A stretch of DNA of 64,000 bases from the NCBI GenBank assembly GCA_963700285.1, contig CAVOXA010000010.1, forward strand, positions 128,001-192,000, read 5' to 3'. Under the pieces are notes generated by a model. It saw only the letters and a program-made list of their open reading frames with translations, did not search any database and had not been told where the DNA came from. Positions 1 through 10,680 of this stretch are shown here, piece by piece. The stretch is from an uncultured Chloroflexia bacterium. GTDB taxonomy: Bacteria; Chloroflexota; Anaerolineae; JAAYZQ01. Position 1 is the first letter of the stretch. Each line of letters begins with the position of its first letter. A program made the position numbers and the translations under genes.

Positions 1-256
1 CCCCCAGGTAATTCCCCAGGCTGATCCCGGCTAGCACCACCCCAATGATGCTGGTCCAGGTATAGAGCGACACGCCAACGTAGGGCGCCACGATCCGGCC
101 AGCAACCAGCTCCAAGATCATGGTGCACCCGCTCGAGACAAAGACGATCAGGTATGGATGCCAAAGCCATGGGTGCAGCGGCGCTTGGGAGGTGGCTTCC
201 ATCGTGATGGCGGCTGGGACGTCCTCTTTGCCTGTAGAATGGGATCTCGGTTCCAC
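1..256 (-). CDS. Fused MFS/spermidine synthase-like membrane protein, 5' part only (runs off window edge)
   Basis: Manual minus-strand translation gives ...LIVFVSSGCTMILELVAGRIVAPYVGVSLYTWTSIIGVVLAGISLGNYLG, the typical N-terminus of this family. GTG at 256 follows AGGAGG; alternative ATG at 202. Confidence 0.8.
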   Translation of the reverse strand, partial: MEPRSHSTGKEDVPAAITMEATSQAPLHPWLWHPYLIVFVSSGCTMILELVAGRIVAPYVGVSLYTWTSIIGVVLAGISLGNYLG

Positions 257-443
257 GGAGCCTCCTGGCGTCAAGCCTTTCGCTGGACTTGTGATCTGTC
301 TCCTCGCACAAGTATGCCACAGAACTCCCAATCCTGCAACGGCGGCAGACTCGGACCACGAGTTGCTCCGCCCTGCATCTCCCGGCAACGCTCCCTGTTT
401 CGCCATGCGATGCCATCTGTGGTAGAATAATCCCCGGTACGAA

Positions 444-1304
444 ATGGATTGGGTAGAGGAGCGAATTTTGAATCGTAACCTATTGTGGATAGTCTTGATC
501 CTGGCAGCCTTGGTCCTGGCTGCCTGTGGAGGCGGGGCAGCGGGCAGCGAAGACGCTCCTGCCGCGAATCCCGCAGCCACTGTCGTGGAGGCAATGCAGC
601 AGATGGGCCAAAGCGCGGGAATGGGGCCGGGCAGCGGCATGATGGGCCGCCATCACATCGCAGTCGCGGAGCCCTATGCCGGACTCTCCAATCCCGTAGA
701 AAATGACGAGGCGTCACTGGACCGCGGCGCCGAGCAATATTCCACCCTGTGCGCCAGTTGCCACGGTGACGGCGGCATGGGCGACGGCCCGGCCGGGACG
801 AGCCTTGATCCGGCCCCGGCGCCGGTCGCCCACACCAGCCAGATGCTGGGCGACGACCTGCTGTTCTGGCGGATCAGTGAAGGAGGCGTGGGGGAGCCCT
901 TTAACTCTGCGATGCCGGCCTGGAAGGATTCCCTGGATGAGGAGGCCCGTTGGGACCTGATCAACTACATGCGAGCCCTGGGCCAGGGCCAGGTACAGCC
1001 CCGGCACGCGGCAGGCGGCGCTGCGTTTGACCCGGTGGTAGAACAGGCGGCTCGGACCGAAATGCTGGACCGAGGTGTGGAACAGGGTGTGATCAGCCCG
1101 GAGCAAGCCGAGGTCTTTGACCAGGTCCACAGCGCCATGGATGGCCTGACCGCCACGGGCGAAACGCAGCGCCTGGGCGGCATGGAACAGATGCGCGATG
1201 CACTGCTGGATGCCCTGGTCGAGGCGGGGACCATCACTCGCGAGCAGGCCGACGACTTTAACGAGATCCATGACCGGCTTGAAGAGGCTGGCTTGATGGA
1301 GTAG
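444..1304 (+). CDS. c-type cytochrome lipoprotein
   Basis: Lipobox LAAC after a hydrophobic stretch, heme motif CASCH, probable axial Met in SAMPAW, and a C-terminal duplicated helical module. Confidence 0.85.
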   Translation: MDWVEERILNRNLLWIVLILAALVLAACGGGAAGSEDAPAANPAATVVEAMQQMGQSAGMGPGSGMMGRHHIAVAEPYAGLSNPVENDEASLDRGAEQYSTLCASCHGDGGMGDGPAGTSLDPAPAPVAHTSQMLGDDLLFWRISEGGVGEPFNSAMPAWKDSLDEEARWDLINYMRALGQGQVQPRHAAGGAAFDPVVEQAARTEMLDRGVEQGVISPEQAEVFDQVHSAMDGLTATGETQRLGGMEQMRDALLDALVEAGTITREQADDFNEIHDRLEEAGLME

Positions 1305-1376
1305 GCGATGGTTGCCAGACTTTGACCTTGTCCGAGATAACAGAGGTCGCGCCCCAGGATAGGGTGCGGCCTCTGC

Positions 1377-2030
1377 TCATGTAGCCCCTCCCCCTTCTCC
1401 CTCGCAGCCCCAGGCGTGCAGCACCTCCAACTCGACCCAACCTGAGAGGGCGCCCAGCACCGTCTCCCTATCGATGCCCTCCACCCGCAGCGTAATGTTT
1501 ATCCTCCCGGGCTGTCCGGGGTCGTAGGCCACCACGGAACAGATGTTGCCCTGCACCCCGGCGATCCGCCCTGCTAACTCCGCTAGCTGGCCGGGGGTAT
1601 CGGCCACCTGGACGGTCAACCGCAGCGAGTCGCTGCCGCCGCCCAGCGCCGCCGCAAACTGTTCAAAGATGTCCGTCTCGGTGATGATGCCCACCAGTCG
1701 CTCTGCCTGTACCACGGGTAGGCTGCCGATCTTGTGGGCCACCATTCTCATCGCCGCCTCCTCCAGAGGGCAGTCGGGCGGCACGGTGATCACCTCACGG
1801 ACCATGACTTGGTCGACGCGGTGCTGGCGCTTGGCCACGCCAGGCGACCCAGCCTTGGACAGAAAGAGTTCCAGGTCATCGCGGCCCACGATCCCAGCCA
1901 GCCGTCCATCGTCATCCACCACCGGCAGATGCCGGAACCGGCCCGACCTGAGCAGCATTATCCCCGCCAGCGGGTCACTCCCTGGCCGCACGGTAACGGG
2001 GTCTCGGGTCATACAATCTCGCACCAACAT
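1377..2030 (-). CDS. CBS-pair + ACT domain protein (AcuB-like)
   Basis: Two CBS repeats (FRHLPVVD, IGSLPVV...GIITETD) followed by an ACT motif (DTPGQLAELAG). Confidence 0.85.
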   Translation of the reverse strand: MLVRDCMTRDPVTVRPGSDPLAGIMLLRSGRFRHLPVVDDDGRLAGIVGRDDLELFLSKAGSPGVAKRQHRVDQVMVREVITVPPDCPLEEAAMRMVAHKIGSLPVVQAERLVGIITETDIFEQFAAALGGGSDSLRLTVQVADTPGQLAELAGRIAGVQGNICSVVAYDPGQPGRINITLRVEGIDRETVLGALSGWVELEVLHAWGCEGEGGGAT

Positions 2031-2380
2031 CAGCCACTCCCTGTGCAGCGAGCAGTTCGCCTTCTATGAATTCCACCGCTAGTATAGCATAGCGTGCCGG
2101 CATAGGCAAGCATCTACCGCTCTATTTGGACCCTGATCACCAGATCTCCGCTCTCTCGGAGGCTGCCAGTACTCACACAGCTAGTGCAAGTTATCCTGAC
2201 AGCAGCAGAGCAATCAACGCAGACAAGATCAGCCCGCCAAGCATACTCTCCTGGCGGGCAGCTAGGTGATCCTCAATGACGCCAGGGCAACTCGGGCTCC
2301 AGCTACGGCCTCTAGCCCACAATCCAGGGCACCATGATTCCTGGGAATATCCAAGGGATGCTGTGCTATTCCTACCATCT

Positions 2381-2416
2381 CGAAAGGGGATGGCCCTGGA
2401 GGGCCATCCCCTTTCG
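2381..2416. terminator. Perfect 16-bp GC-rich hairpin, probable terminator of the upstream minus-strand gene
   Basis: CGAAAGGGGATGGCCC-TGGA-GGGCCATCCCCTTTCG. Confidence 0.65.
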
Positions 2417-2479
2417 TTATTTGCTGATCGTTCCGGAACTTGGCTCCGGCGGCCAGGGCAGCTTTGCTGTCTGTGCCTA

Positions 2480-2928
2480 AGGTTTGGTGTAGGGTAGGGG
2501 TATGGGTACGGCGGCAGCCAGTATATCGCACAAGGTCGTCCCTGTTTAGATCGGGGTCATATTCCCAGCCGGCCTTGGTGACATCGGTGACGCAGATCGT
2601 CATAGTCGCCTGCACCTTCAAAGATTCCGAATTCGGCGATGCCCTGGACGTTCGTTTCCGCTTCTAGGTCATCGACGTTCAACAAGTCCCATCGGGCAGT
2701 GTCCATCGGCGCTAACGATTGCGCCTTCGACCATGTCAAGATCGGCATCACGGATGTGGATGTACGCGATCATCATGTCCGGGCCACCAGAAGAGCGCCC
2801 GGTATAGGTCAGCCGGGCACGGTGGACCCACATCGAGTGTCACCCTCTTCGGCCAGTACGGGGATGGCACCCATGGAAGCCAGCAAACCGATAATGATCG
2901 CCAGATACAGCGCACGCTTGGTTTTCAT
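2480..2928 (-). CDS. Small secreted beta-rich protein, frameshifted (3' end approximate)
   Basis: AAGGAG RBS, signal peptide MKTKRALYLAIIIGLLASMGAIPVLA, then segments in shifting frames: MWVHRARLTYTG...IHIRDADLDMVEGAIV, ETNVQGIAEF, ICVTDVTKAGWEYDPDLN. Confidence 0.55.
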
Positions 2929-3198
2929 CGTTGAAAGTTCTCCTTTTCTGCAAAAGTGTAATGGGTGAGGAGCAATCATGGCACCTCAAAGCGACGTCAG
3001 CCTGACACCAGATCTAGAATCTCGAACACCAACTTGAAACCCCTCGGGGGGAGCGTTGCACCTCCTTTCCATATGCTCCAACCACGCTCGTCAAGGGCGT
3101 CACTTGGCTCTATGGTGCTCATACAACCTCGGGTAACAGAGCACCGGATAGACTCCAAAACTGCCTCTCGTACAACTAACGCAGAAGCAGCAAAAAGG

Positions 3199-5298
3199 TT
3201 ACGCTAGAAATCGCGTGACCTCAACCAATACCGAGTGGGTACGCGAGTTGCGGCTGGGCAGCGTGGGCTCCGTGCTGGTCAGGACATTGGCCGCACCAGC
3301 AGTGTCGGTACCGTCCGGTTCAAGCAAAGGCCACACACCTTCCAGAAGGCAGACCACGCCCGGCATGATGTCCTCGGTCACCCTGGCTCCGATACGCATC
3401 TTGCCCTGGGGGCTGGAAACGATGACCTTTGCGCCGTTCTCTATACCCCTTTCCGCTGCGTCATCGGGGTGCATCCACAGCGCCTGCTTCTCTTGCTCCC
3501 TGAACCAGGCGATATTATGATACTGGGAGTGGACGCGGTATTTCGGGTGCGGCGTAATCAGCCTCAATGGGTGGCTTTCAGTCGTTGGAAACGTCCTGAG
3601 CTTGGGGATCGGGGCATATCCCGTCTCAGCATAGGCCGCTGAGGCTATCTCCACCCGGCCCGATGGCGTACTCAGCGGATGCTCCTGTGGATCGGCGACA
3701 AAATCAGAGAGACCCACCCGCAACTGATCGGCGCCCAAATAGATGCCAGTACGCTTGAAGGCCTCATAGTCCGCCACTTCCGAGTCTGTGATAAAACCGC
3801 TGAGCCACTCCTCAGCGCTCTTGCCCTCAGAGAACCCGGCTAGAAAGCCCAGCCTCTCCGCTAACTCACAAAAGATGTCATAGTCGTTCTTGGCTTCGGG
3901 CATGGGTGGAACCGCTTGATTGGAAAACAGCAAATAGTTGCCGCTATCGGGAAAGACGATATCGTCTCTTTCCAAGAAGGTTGTGGTGGGCAGAACCAGA
4001 TCGCAATGACGCGCTGTCGGCGTAAGCACAAAATCATGGCAGACGGAAAAATCGACTTGGGTAAAGGCCCGCATGTTCTTTTTGATGTCGCTGCCCTGCA
4101 CGACAAAATTGCCGCCGACATTATAGATAGCCTTGATGTCGACAGGATAGCCGCCCCGTTTCCCTTCCAGGATGGCATCGGGCCAACAATACTGCGGCAC
4201 GGAGGCCTGGACCGGATTAGAGGGCCAGCCAATCTTTCCCGCGCGAGCAGATGGCTGCACATTCCAGAGGGGAGAACCCGACGAACCGCCCAGGATGCCC
4301 AGATTGCCTGTGGCAACCTGCATGGCTATCGCCATACGGCTTGCTTCCTCCCCACCGATGGTCCGTTGAATGGACCAACCTGGAATGAGGGCGGTCGGGC
4401 GGGTACGCCCATACCGGCGCGCGAACTGTACGATCATCTCGGTGGGTGTGCCACACACTCCCTCCGCCCATCGAGGCGTCCTGGCCTCTCCATCTGCATG
4501 GCCGAGAATGTACTGCTCAAGCTCATCAAACCCGGTACTGTACTTTCGCAGAAAGGCCCGGTCTACCAAGCCCTCTTCAAGCAGTACATACAGCACGGCC
4601 ATCATCAGGGCCGTGTCCGTCCCGGGAAGAACCGGGATCCATTGCGTACCCAGCGTCATTGCCGTCCTTGACCGGCGGGGATCGATGACGATCACCTCGA
4701 TCCCTCTCGATCTAGCCTCGCGGATGTGGGCCTCTGTGTCGCAGCCCATGCGGGTGTCGGCGATATTCGCGCCCCACAGGACAATCAGGTTGGAGAATTG
4801 CAGGGTAGCCGGGTCAATGCCTGCCGGCGCCCTCCCCAGAACATAGGGAACAGCAAAGCTGGCCGCGCCCGTACTATAGTTGCCGGTCGTCCAGGTAAAA
4901 CCACCAAACATTGCCAGAAACCGTTTTGTCAGGCCGCCGGTGTTGTGCAGCGCACCCCTGCAAGAACCACTCCCTCCCAGGTAGAGTATCGCCTCGTTGC
5001 CATACCTGGCCTTGATGCCGGACAGCCGCTCAGCCACATAGTCGAGAGCCTGTGGCCAGGAGATTTCCTGGAATTCGCCCGAACCCTTGGCCCCACTTCT
5101 GAGCAGCGGTCTCTTGATCCGATCGGGGGCGTATAGGGCCCTCTTCATCTGGCGTCCCTTTTCGCAGCCATACATCGTCGGTTTGGCCAAGGGGTTGTTG
5201 GTAATTCTCGCAACGCGGCCGTTCTTGATGTGGGCCAACAACGGGCACCCACCACCGCAGTCTAGGTTGCACGAAACCGGTAGCGTTCTTGTCGACAT
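3199..5298 (-). CDS. Molybdopterin oxidoreductase, DMSO reductase (DmsA/BisC-like) family catalytic subunit, copy 1
   Basis: N-terminal CNLDCGGGC...GCEKG Fe-S motif, YS Ser-ligand region (GNYSTG), PGTDTALM, C-terminal RVHSQY / MHPDDA molydop-binding domain; no Tat RRxFLK signal. Confidence 0.9.
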   Translation of the reverse strand: MSTRTLPVSCNLDCGGGCPLLAHIKNGRVARITNNPLAKPTMYGCEKGRQMKRALYAPDRIKRPLLRSGAKGSGEFQEISWPQALDYVAERLSGIKARYGNEAILYLGGSGSCRGALHNTGGLTKRFLAMFGGFTWTTGNYSTGAASFAVPYVLGRAPAGIDPATLQFSNLIVLWGANIADTRMGCDTEAHIREARSRGIEVIVIDPRRSRTAMTLGTQWIPVLPGTDTALMMAVLYVLLEEGLVDRAFLRKYSTGFDELEQYILGHADGEARTPRWAEGVCGTPTEMIVQFARRYGRTRPTALIPGWSIQRTIGGEEASRMAIAMQVATGNLGILGGSSGSPLWNVQPSARAGKIGWPSNPVQASVPQYCWPDAILEGKRGGYPVDIKAIYNVGGNFVVQGSDIKKNMRAFTQVDFSVCHDFVLTPTARHCDLVLPTTTFLERDDIVFPDSGNYLLFSNQAVPPMPEAKNDYDIFCELAERLGFLAGFSEGKSAEEWLSGFITDSEVADYEAFKRTGIYLGADQLRVGLSDFVADPQEHPLSTPSGRVEIASAAYAETGYAPIPKLRTFPTTESHPLRLITPHPKYRVHSQYHNIAWFREQEKQALWMHPDDAAERGIENGAKVIVSSPQGKMRIGARVTEDIMPGVVCLLEGVWPLLEPDGTDTAGAANVLTSTEPTLPSRNSRTHSVLVEVTRFLA

Positions 5299-5348
5299 AC
5301 ACGCATCCTTGGGAATAGTCAGCGAGGAACAAAGCCCTCGCCATTGTT

Positions 5349-7451
5349 TTAGAAACGCGCCTGCGTGACCTGAACCAGAACAGAGTGGGTACGCGAGCTG
5401 TAGCTGGGTAGCGTGGGCTCCGTACTGGTCAGGACATTGGGTGCCCCGGCCGTTTCGGTGCCATCCGGTTCAAAGGAGGGCCACACGCCCTCCAACAGAC
5501 AGACCACACCTGGCATGATGTCCTCGGTCACCCTGGCTTCAATGCGCATCCTGCCCTCAGGGCTGGAAACAATGACCTGCACGCCATTTTCTATGCCCCT
5601 TCTTGCTGCGTCGTCGGGGTGTATCCACAACGCCTGCTTCTCCTGCTCTCTAAACCAGGGGATGTTGTCATACTGGGAATGAACGCGATATCTCGGGTGT
5701 GGGGTGATCAGCCGCAGTGGGTGGCTGCCGGTCGTTCTGAACTCTCTAGGCTTGGGAAAGGAGGAATATCCGGTCTCAGCATAGTAGGCTGTCGAGGATA
5801 TCTCCACCAGGCCCGATGGCGTACTCAATGGCTGGCTCTGGGGATCGGCCACGAAATCAGAGAGCCCTACCCTGAACTGATCGGAGCCCTGATAGATGCC
5901 AGAACGCTTGAACTCCTCATAGTCAGGCACGTCCGAGTCCGCGACAAAACCCTCGAGCCATTCCTCAGTGCTGTTGCCTTCGGAAAAGTCGGATAGAAAG
6001 CCCAGTCTCTCTGCCAATTCACAAAAGATATCATAATCGTTCTTGGCTTCGGGCATGGGAGAAACTGCCTGATTGGAGAATAGCACATAGTTGCCGCCAT
6101 CGGCAAAGACGATGTCGTCCCTCTCCAAAAAGGTTGTAGTAGGCAGGACCAAGTCGCAATGGCGCGCTGTCGGCGTAAGGACAAAGTCATGGCAAACGGA
6201 AAACTCTACCTGGGCAAAAGCCCGCTTGTTCTTCTCGATATCGCTGCCCTGTATCAGCCAGTTGCCGCCGACGTTATAGATCGCCTTGATGTCAGCGGGG
6301 TAGCCGCCGCGCTGACCTTCGAGGACAACATCAGGCCAGCAGTATTGCGGCACGGTGCCCAGGACCGGATTAGAGGGAACCCCAATCCTACCCACGCGGG
6401 GGCCTGGCAGCTTGTTCCAGAGCGGGGATCCCGAAGACCCGCCCGGGCTGCCGAGGTTACCCGTGGCAACCTGCAGGGCAATGGCCATGCGGCTTGCTTC
6501 CTCCCCGCCGAGAGTTCGTTGAATGGACAATCCCGGGATGAGGGCGGTCGGGTGGGTACGGCCGTACTGCCGTGCGAATCGCACGATTGTGTCGGCGGGC
6601 GTGCCACAGATTGCCTCCGCCCATTGTGGTGTTCTGGCCTCCACGCCCGCATTGCCCAGAACGTGCTGCTCCAACTCGTCAAAGCCTAAGCTGTACTTTC
6701 TCAGAAAGGCCCGATCTACCAGGTCTTCTTTGAGCAACACGTACAGTACTGCCATCATCAGGACTGTGTCCATCCCAGGCAGGACAGGGATCCATTGGGT
6801 GCCCAACGTCTTTACTGTCCTCGACCGGCGGGGATCGATCACGATCACCTCGACCCCTCTGGACTTGGCCTCTCGGATGTGGGCCTCTGTGGCGCAGCCC
6901 ATGCGGGTATCGGCAATGTTCGCGCCCCACAGGACAATCAAGCTGGAAAAACGCAGGGTAGCCACGTCAATACCTGCCGGCGAACTCCCCAGGGCATATG
7001 GGACAGCAAAGCTGGCTGCCCCCATGCTGTAGCTACCTACGGTCTCGGTATGGCCGCCAAACATGTTCAGGAAGCGCAGGGTAAGCATCTTGGTATTGTG
7101 CAACGCGCCCCGGATGGAACCAGTTCCTCCCAGGCGGAGTAGCGCCTCGTTCCCGTACCTGGCTTTGATGCCGGACAGCCGCTCGGCTACATAGTCCAGG
7201 GCGTGGGGCCAGGAGATTTCCTGAAACTCGCCCGAACCCCTGGGCCCGGTTCTGAGCAGCGGTCTCTTGACCCGATCAGGGGCATACACGGCCCTGGCCA
7301 TCTGACGCCCCTTTTCACAGCCATGCATGGATGGCCCGGCCAGGGGGTTGTTCGTGATTCCCGTGATGTGGCCATCTTCGGTGTGGGCCAGCAACGGGCA
7401 CCCGCCGGTGCAGTCCAAGTTGCAGGTAACCGCTATCGTTCTTTTCGACAT
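5349..7451 (-). CDS. Molybdopterin oxidoreductase, DMSO reductase family catalytic subunit, copy 2 (tandem paralog)
   Basis: Same motifs as copy 1 (CNLDCTGGC, GSYSMG, RVHSQY) and colinear with it end to end. Confidence 0.9.
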   Translation of the reverse strand: MSKRTIAVTCNLDCTGGCPLLAHTEDGHITGITNNPLAGPSMHGCEKGRQMARAVYAPDRVKRPLLRTGPRGSGEFQEISWPHALDYVAERLSGIKARYGNEALLRLGGTGSIRGALHNTKMLTLRFLNMFGGHTETVGSYSMGAASFAVPYALGSSPAGIDVATLRFSSLIVLWGANIADTRMGCATEAHIREAKSRGVEVIVIDPRRSRTVKTLGTQWIPVLPGMDTVLMMAVLYVLLKEDLVDRAFLRKYSLGFDELEQHVLGNAGVEARTPQWAEAICGTPADTIVRFARQYGRTHPTALIPGLSIQRTLGGEEASRMAIALQVATGNLGSPGGSSGSPLWNKLPGPRVGRIGVPSNPVLGTVPQYCWPDVVLEGQRGGYPADIKAIYNVGGNWLIQGSDIEKNKRAFAQVEFSVCHDFVLTPTARHCDLVLPTTTFLERDDIVFADGGNYVLFSNQAVSPMPEAKNDYDIFCELAERLGFLSDFSEGNSTEEWLEGFVADSDVPDYEEFKRSGIYQGSDQFRVGLSDFVADPQSQPLSTPSGLVEISSTAYYAETGYSSFPKPREFRTTGSHPLRLITPHPRYRVHSQYDNIPWFREQEKQALWIHPDDAARRGIENGVQVIVSSPEGRMRIEARVTEDIMPGVVCLLEGVWPSFEPDGTETAGAPNVLTSTEPTLPSYSSRTHSVLVQVTQARF

Positions 7452-7452
7452 A

Positions 7453-9945
7453 TTACACATCCTCTAACAAGATCCCCCGCCCTCTCCGTCTGCGAATCAG
7501 GGAACTGGACAGAGCGATCGCGATGAGGAGGACCCCAGCAAGCATACTAACCGCCAGGCCGGTGCGGAAGGATGGCGGGCTGTATCTGAACTCGACGGTG
7601 TGTTTCCCCTGCCGCAGAGGGACAGCTCTGAACAAATAGTCAGCCTGGTAGATCCGGTCCTCTCGCCCATCTACAAACACCTGCCAGCCGGGATAGAAAG
7701 TGTCGGTTAGCACCAGGAACCCATCCGCCTGAAGCTCGGTCTCGATCACAACCTTGTGTGGCGAGTACAATGCAATGTTGGGTGAGGGTGGCCAATTGCG
7801 GCTGACGAGTGGCAAATAAACATCTCCCGTACTTGGGACCGACCCAGGGCTCTCTGCTTTTGCGGCGAGCCGATCACCCTGGTCCTGCACTGGGAGGGGT
7901 TCCTCCTCCAGAATGACACTACGGCCTGGATCAAAGCCCTCACTCAGCAAGCGGCTCAGTACCGCCTGCTCTAAGGGAATGACTTCCACCTCGTAGACGA
8001 CAAAGGCTCTGGGCAGGACCGATTTGTTCTCATAGACCTCATGACCCCCACCGGTGTAGGCGCTGGTATAGCCCGGGAGTTCGGTTCCCTTTTCCACGAG
8101 CGCATACTTGACCCCAGCCAGATTGCGCAGCGTCTCACTTTCGCCCAGGGCTTCGAGGAATACCTCGTATCGCCGCAGGGCCAATTGAGAGACATGGCCT
8201 TGAGCGCTATAGAGACCGTAGGCAGTGGCCATATCCTCCAGGAGGTACTCCACCATGTCCTCGCGGCCAAGAGAGAACACCCGGTATAGGCCCAGATTCT
8301 GTTGCAGGAAGCCTGTGGACCCGGTCTGCCGTGCATAGTACGAGCCCTCGCGCACCGGATTGATGGCAGTTCCTCCTGCCAGTAAAAGGTCTACCACAAT
8401 CAAACCAACCAGCAGGATCTGAAAGGCGGGCGCCTTGATCCGCCTCTTGTTCCAAAGGCAGATGAGCAGGAAACCTGCATTGCTAAAGAATACAAAAAGC
8501 AGTACAGGGTTCAGGGACGCCAGCGTCATACCCGGGTTGTCCGAGAGCTGAATCAGCGGGAGCCGGATGAGCCCGCGGACCAATATCAAGATCCGCCCCA
8601 GCCACTGTTCGGGAACCAACCCAGTCCCCAGGGTTTCGAGACGCTGGGCCACTTGTTGGCCAAAGGCCACTCCCGTCAGCAGCATCAGGGAAAAGGCCAG
8701 GTTCAGCCAGCCCAGTATTCGCCAAAAAGAGGAGAACCGGCTGGATTCCAGGCCAGCGCGGTCCCCTACCAGGGCATCATAGCCATAGCCGGCCAGGACA
8801 GACAGGGAAAAGGTAACGGTGAGCAACCATCGAGCCGGCACCCGAAAAAAGTTAAAGCCGGGCACATGGACCAACAAACCGTACAGGGGGGTGTAACGCC
8901 CCAGGGCAAGCAGGAGGGAAAACCCCGCCAGCAGGGCAAAGAAGGTCACGTTCCTGTCGTACTTCCGCTTGAGCCAGGCCCAGGGAACCAGCATCAGGGG
9001 CAAAATGCCGACGTAGCCGTGCAACTCTTCAAAGAGCCCTTCCCCTTTGAAACCGATAACCGGATTGCCATGGATGCCTGGGAAGAGAAAGGTCAGCGGG
9101 TGGTAGGGAGGAAGGGAGAACACGGTCATCATGCCATGGCTCAAACCTGTGGCCCGGAGCGAAAGCGCCTTCAGTTCCCAGGTTGGAGCAATCTGGACGG
9201 CGGCCAACAAGAGCCCGGCGGCAACGGCCAGGGCCATCAGAGACAGAAGGATGGCTGTCCCTTTTCTCTTGGCCAGGGGGGTGGTTTCGGCATCCCGCCA
9301 CAGACCATACAGCCAGAAGGCGCCATAGGCTCCCAGAGCGAGCAGGGTATAAAAGACAACCTGCGGATGGGACGCGAAAACCTGGAGGGCGATGGCCCCA
9401 CCGCAAAGGATGGCATACGACAGGCTCCTGGTCTCAAGCGTCTTGACAAAAAGAAAAAAGACCAAGGGCAGCCATACGCTGCCCGTCATGATGGGCAAAT
9501 TGGTCAGTTGGGCCATCATGTATCCGCTCAGAGAAAAGGCAAGCGCCATGATGAGGGCACCGACCCTGCTGATCCGCAGCCCGCGGGCCATCACATAGCT
9601 GGCGACACCCGCCACGACAAAATGGGCAACGACGAACCAGCTCAGAGAGAGATGCGGTGACAGAGGAAGAAGGAACAGCAGGTTCAGTGGATTGAGCGCG
9701 ATCACGTCTTGATCCGCCAGTTGGGGGAACCCAAACTCGATAAAAGGGTTCCATAGAGGCAACTGACCTACGCCCAGCAGACGCCCCTTCAAGACGCCCA
9801 GCGGGTAGTGGATCATGACCACGTCCCTGTAGTAGAGCGTCTTGTCCAGCAGGAACAATTCAAAGAAGGAGATGACCGGCAGAAAGAACAGCAGGAGCAG
9901 GACCAAGAGATCTTTGCGGTCGGGCAGCCTTTGTCGCCAATCCAT
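7453..9945 (-). CDS. YfhO-family polytopic membrane protein (GT-C glycosyltransferase-like)
   Basis: LPLWNP..FGFP, many TM segments, FFRVPARW, and C-terminal DTFYPGWQVFVDG...FRAVPL..GKHTVEFRY motifs. Confidence 0.85.
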   Translation of the reverse strand: MDWRQRLPDRKDLLVLLLLFFLPVISFFELFLLDKTLYYRDVVMIHYPLGVLKGRLLGVGQLPLWNPFIEFGFPQLADQDVIALNPLNLLFLLPLSPHLSLSWFVVAHFVVAGVASYVMARGLRISRVGALIMALAFSLSGYMMAQLTNLPIMTGSVWLPLVFFLFVKTLETRSLSYAILCGGAIALQVFASHPQVVFYTLLALGAYGAFWLYGLWRDAETTPLAKRKGTAILLSLMALAVAAGLLLAAVQIAPTWELKALSLRATGLSHGMMTVFSLPPYHPLTFLFPGIHGNPVIGFKGEGLFEELHGYVGILPLMLVPWAWLKRKYDRNVTFFALLAGFSLLLALGRYTPLYGLLVHVPGFNFFRVPARWLLTVTFSLSVLAGYGYDALVGDRAGLESSRFSSFWRILGWLNLAFSLMLLTGVAFGQQVAQRLETLGTGLVPEQWLGRILILVRGLIRLPLIQLSDNPGMTLASLNPVLLFVFFSNAGFLLICLWNKRRIKAPAFQILLVGLIVVDLLLAGGTAINPVREGSYYARQTGSTGFLQQNLGLYRVFSLGREDMVEYLLEDMATAYGLYSAQGHVSQLALRRYEVFLEALGESETLRNLAGVKYALVEKGTELPGYTSAYTGGGHEVYENKSVLPRAFVVYEVEVIPLEQAVLSRLLSEGFDPGRSVILEEEPLPVQDQGDRLAAKAESPGSVPSTGDVYLPLVSRNWPPSPNIALYSPHKVVIETELQADGFLVLTDTFYPGWQVFVDGREDRIYQADYLFRAVPLRQGKHTVEFRYSPPSFRTGLAVSMLAGVLLIAIALSSSLIRRRRGRGILLEDV

Positions 9946-9959
9946 GAGAAGGTATGCGT

Positions 9960-10376
9960 TCAGTTGCGCGAGAAGCGGATCTGCCGGAACTGCTCAAGAA
10001 TGCCTGGCCTGTCTTCTTCAGGCTCGTCCTTATCCCATACCCCGGAGGCCAGGATCCGGTCCAGGCGGCTTGTGGCTTCCTGCGCGGCATGGGCAAGCTC
10101 GGCACAACGAACCGGCGACAAGAGCAGAACCAGCGAGCCCATCTGAAGCTCGCAATCCTCATCCAACCGGCTGGTGACGCGCAGATCTTGATCGCAGAGG
10201 GAGATGGGGGGCAGCGCAGTCACGGCTTCCTCCAGTAGACTGGCCAGGCGCCTGAATTCGTCTCTGCCAAGGCGCACAGTAACGCGCCCCCAGGTCAGGT
10301 GGACAAGGCCATGGCGACAAGCCGTGATAAAGTGTTGGTCGTCGAGCTGAGTCAGCCGGACAAAATTGGGCGTCAT
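9960..10376 (-). CDS. Hypothetical protein
   Basis: Clean ORF directly upstream of the YfhO-like gene; GAGGGG RBS before ATG at 10376. Confidence 0.6.
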   Translation of the reverse strand: MTPNFVRLTQLDDQHFITACRHGLVHLTWGRVTVRLGRDEFRRLASLLEEAVTALPPISLCDQDLRVTSRLDEDCELQMGSLVLLLSPVRCAELAHAAQEATSRLDRILASGVWDKDEPEEDRPGILEQFRQIRFSRN

Positions 10377-10680
10377 CGATACCCCTCGCACCCTTTGATA
10401 AGCTCCCGTTGGTGATCCATTCTACCTCAAGTCGGCCCAAGTGGCAAACCTGTTCCTGGGTGACAGGCAACGGCGGTGGAGCGAGAGAGGCTGGAACCTT
10501 CGACACATGCTGTATGTCGCCTACACCCAACGTTGAGCGGGACCATAGACCCTTTGCCCACAGGAAACCCACGTCAAACTGATGACAGCGAGATTGTTTT
10601 CTGATACACTGGTAGCATCAAGCCACCGGCAATGGTCGATAGACCTGCTAGAATCTGACCAGAACAAAGGAGGATGCTCG

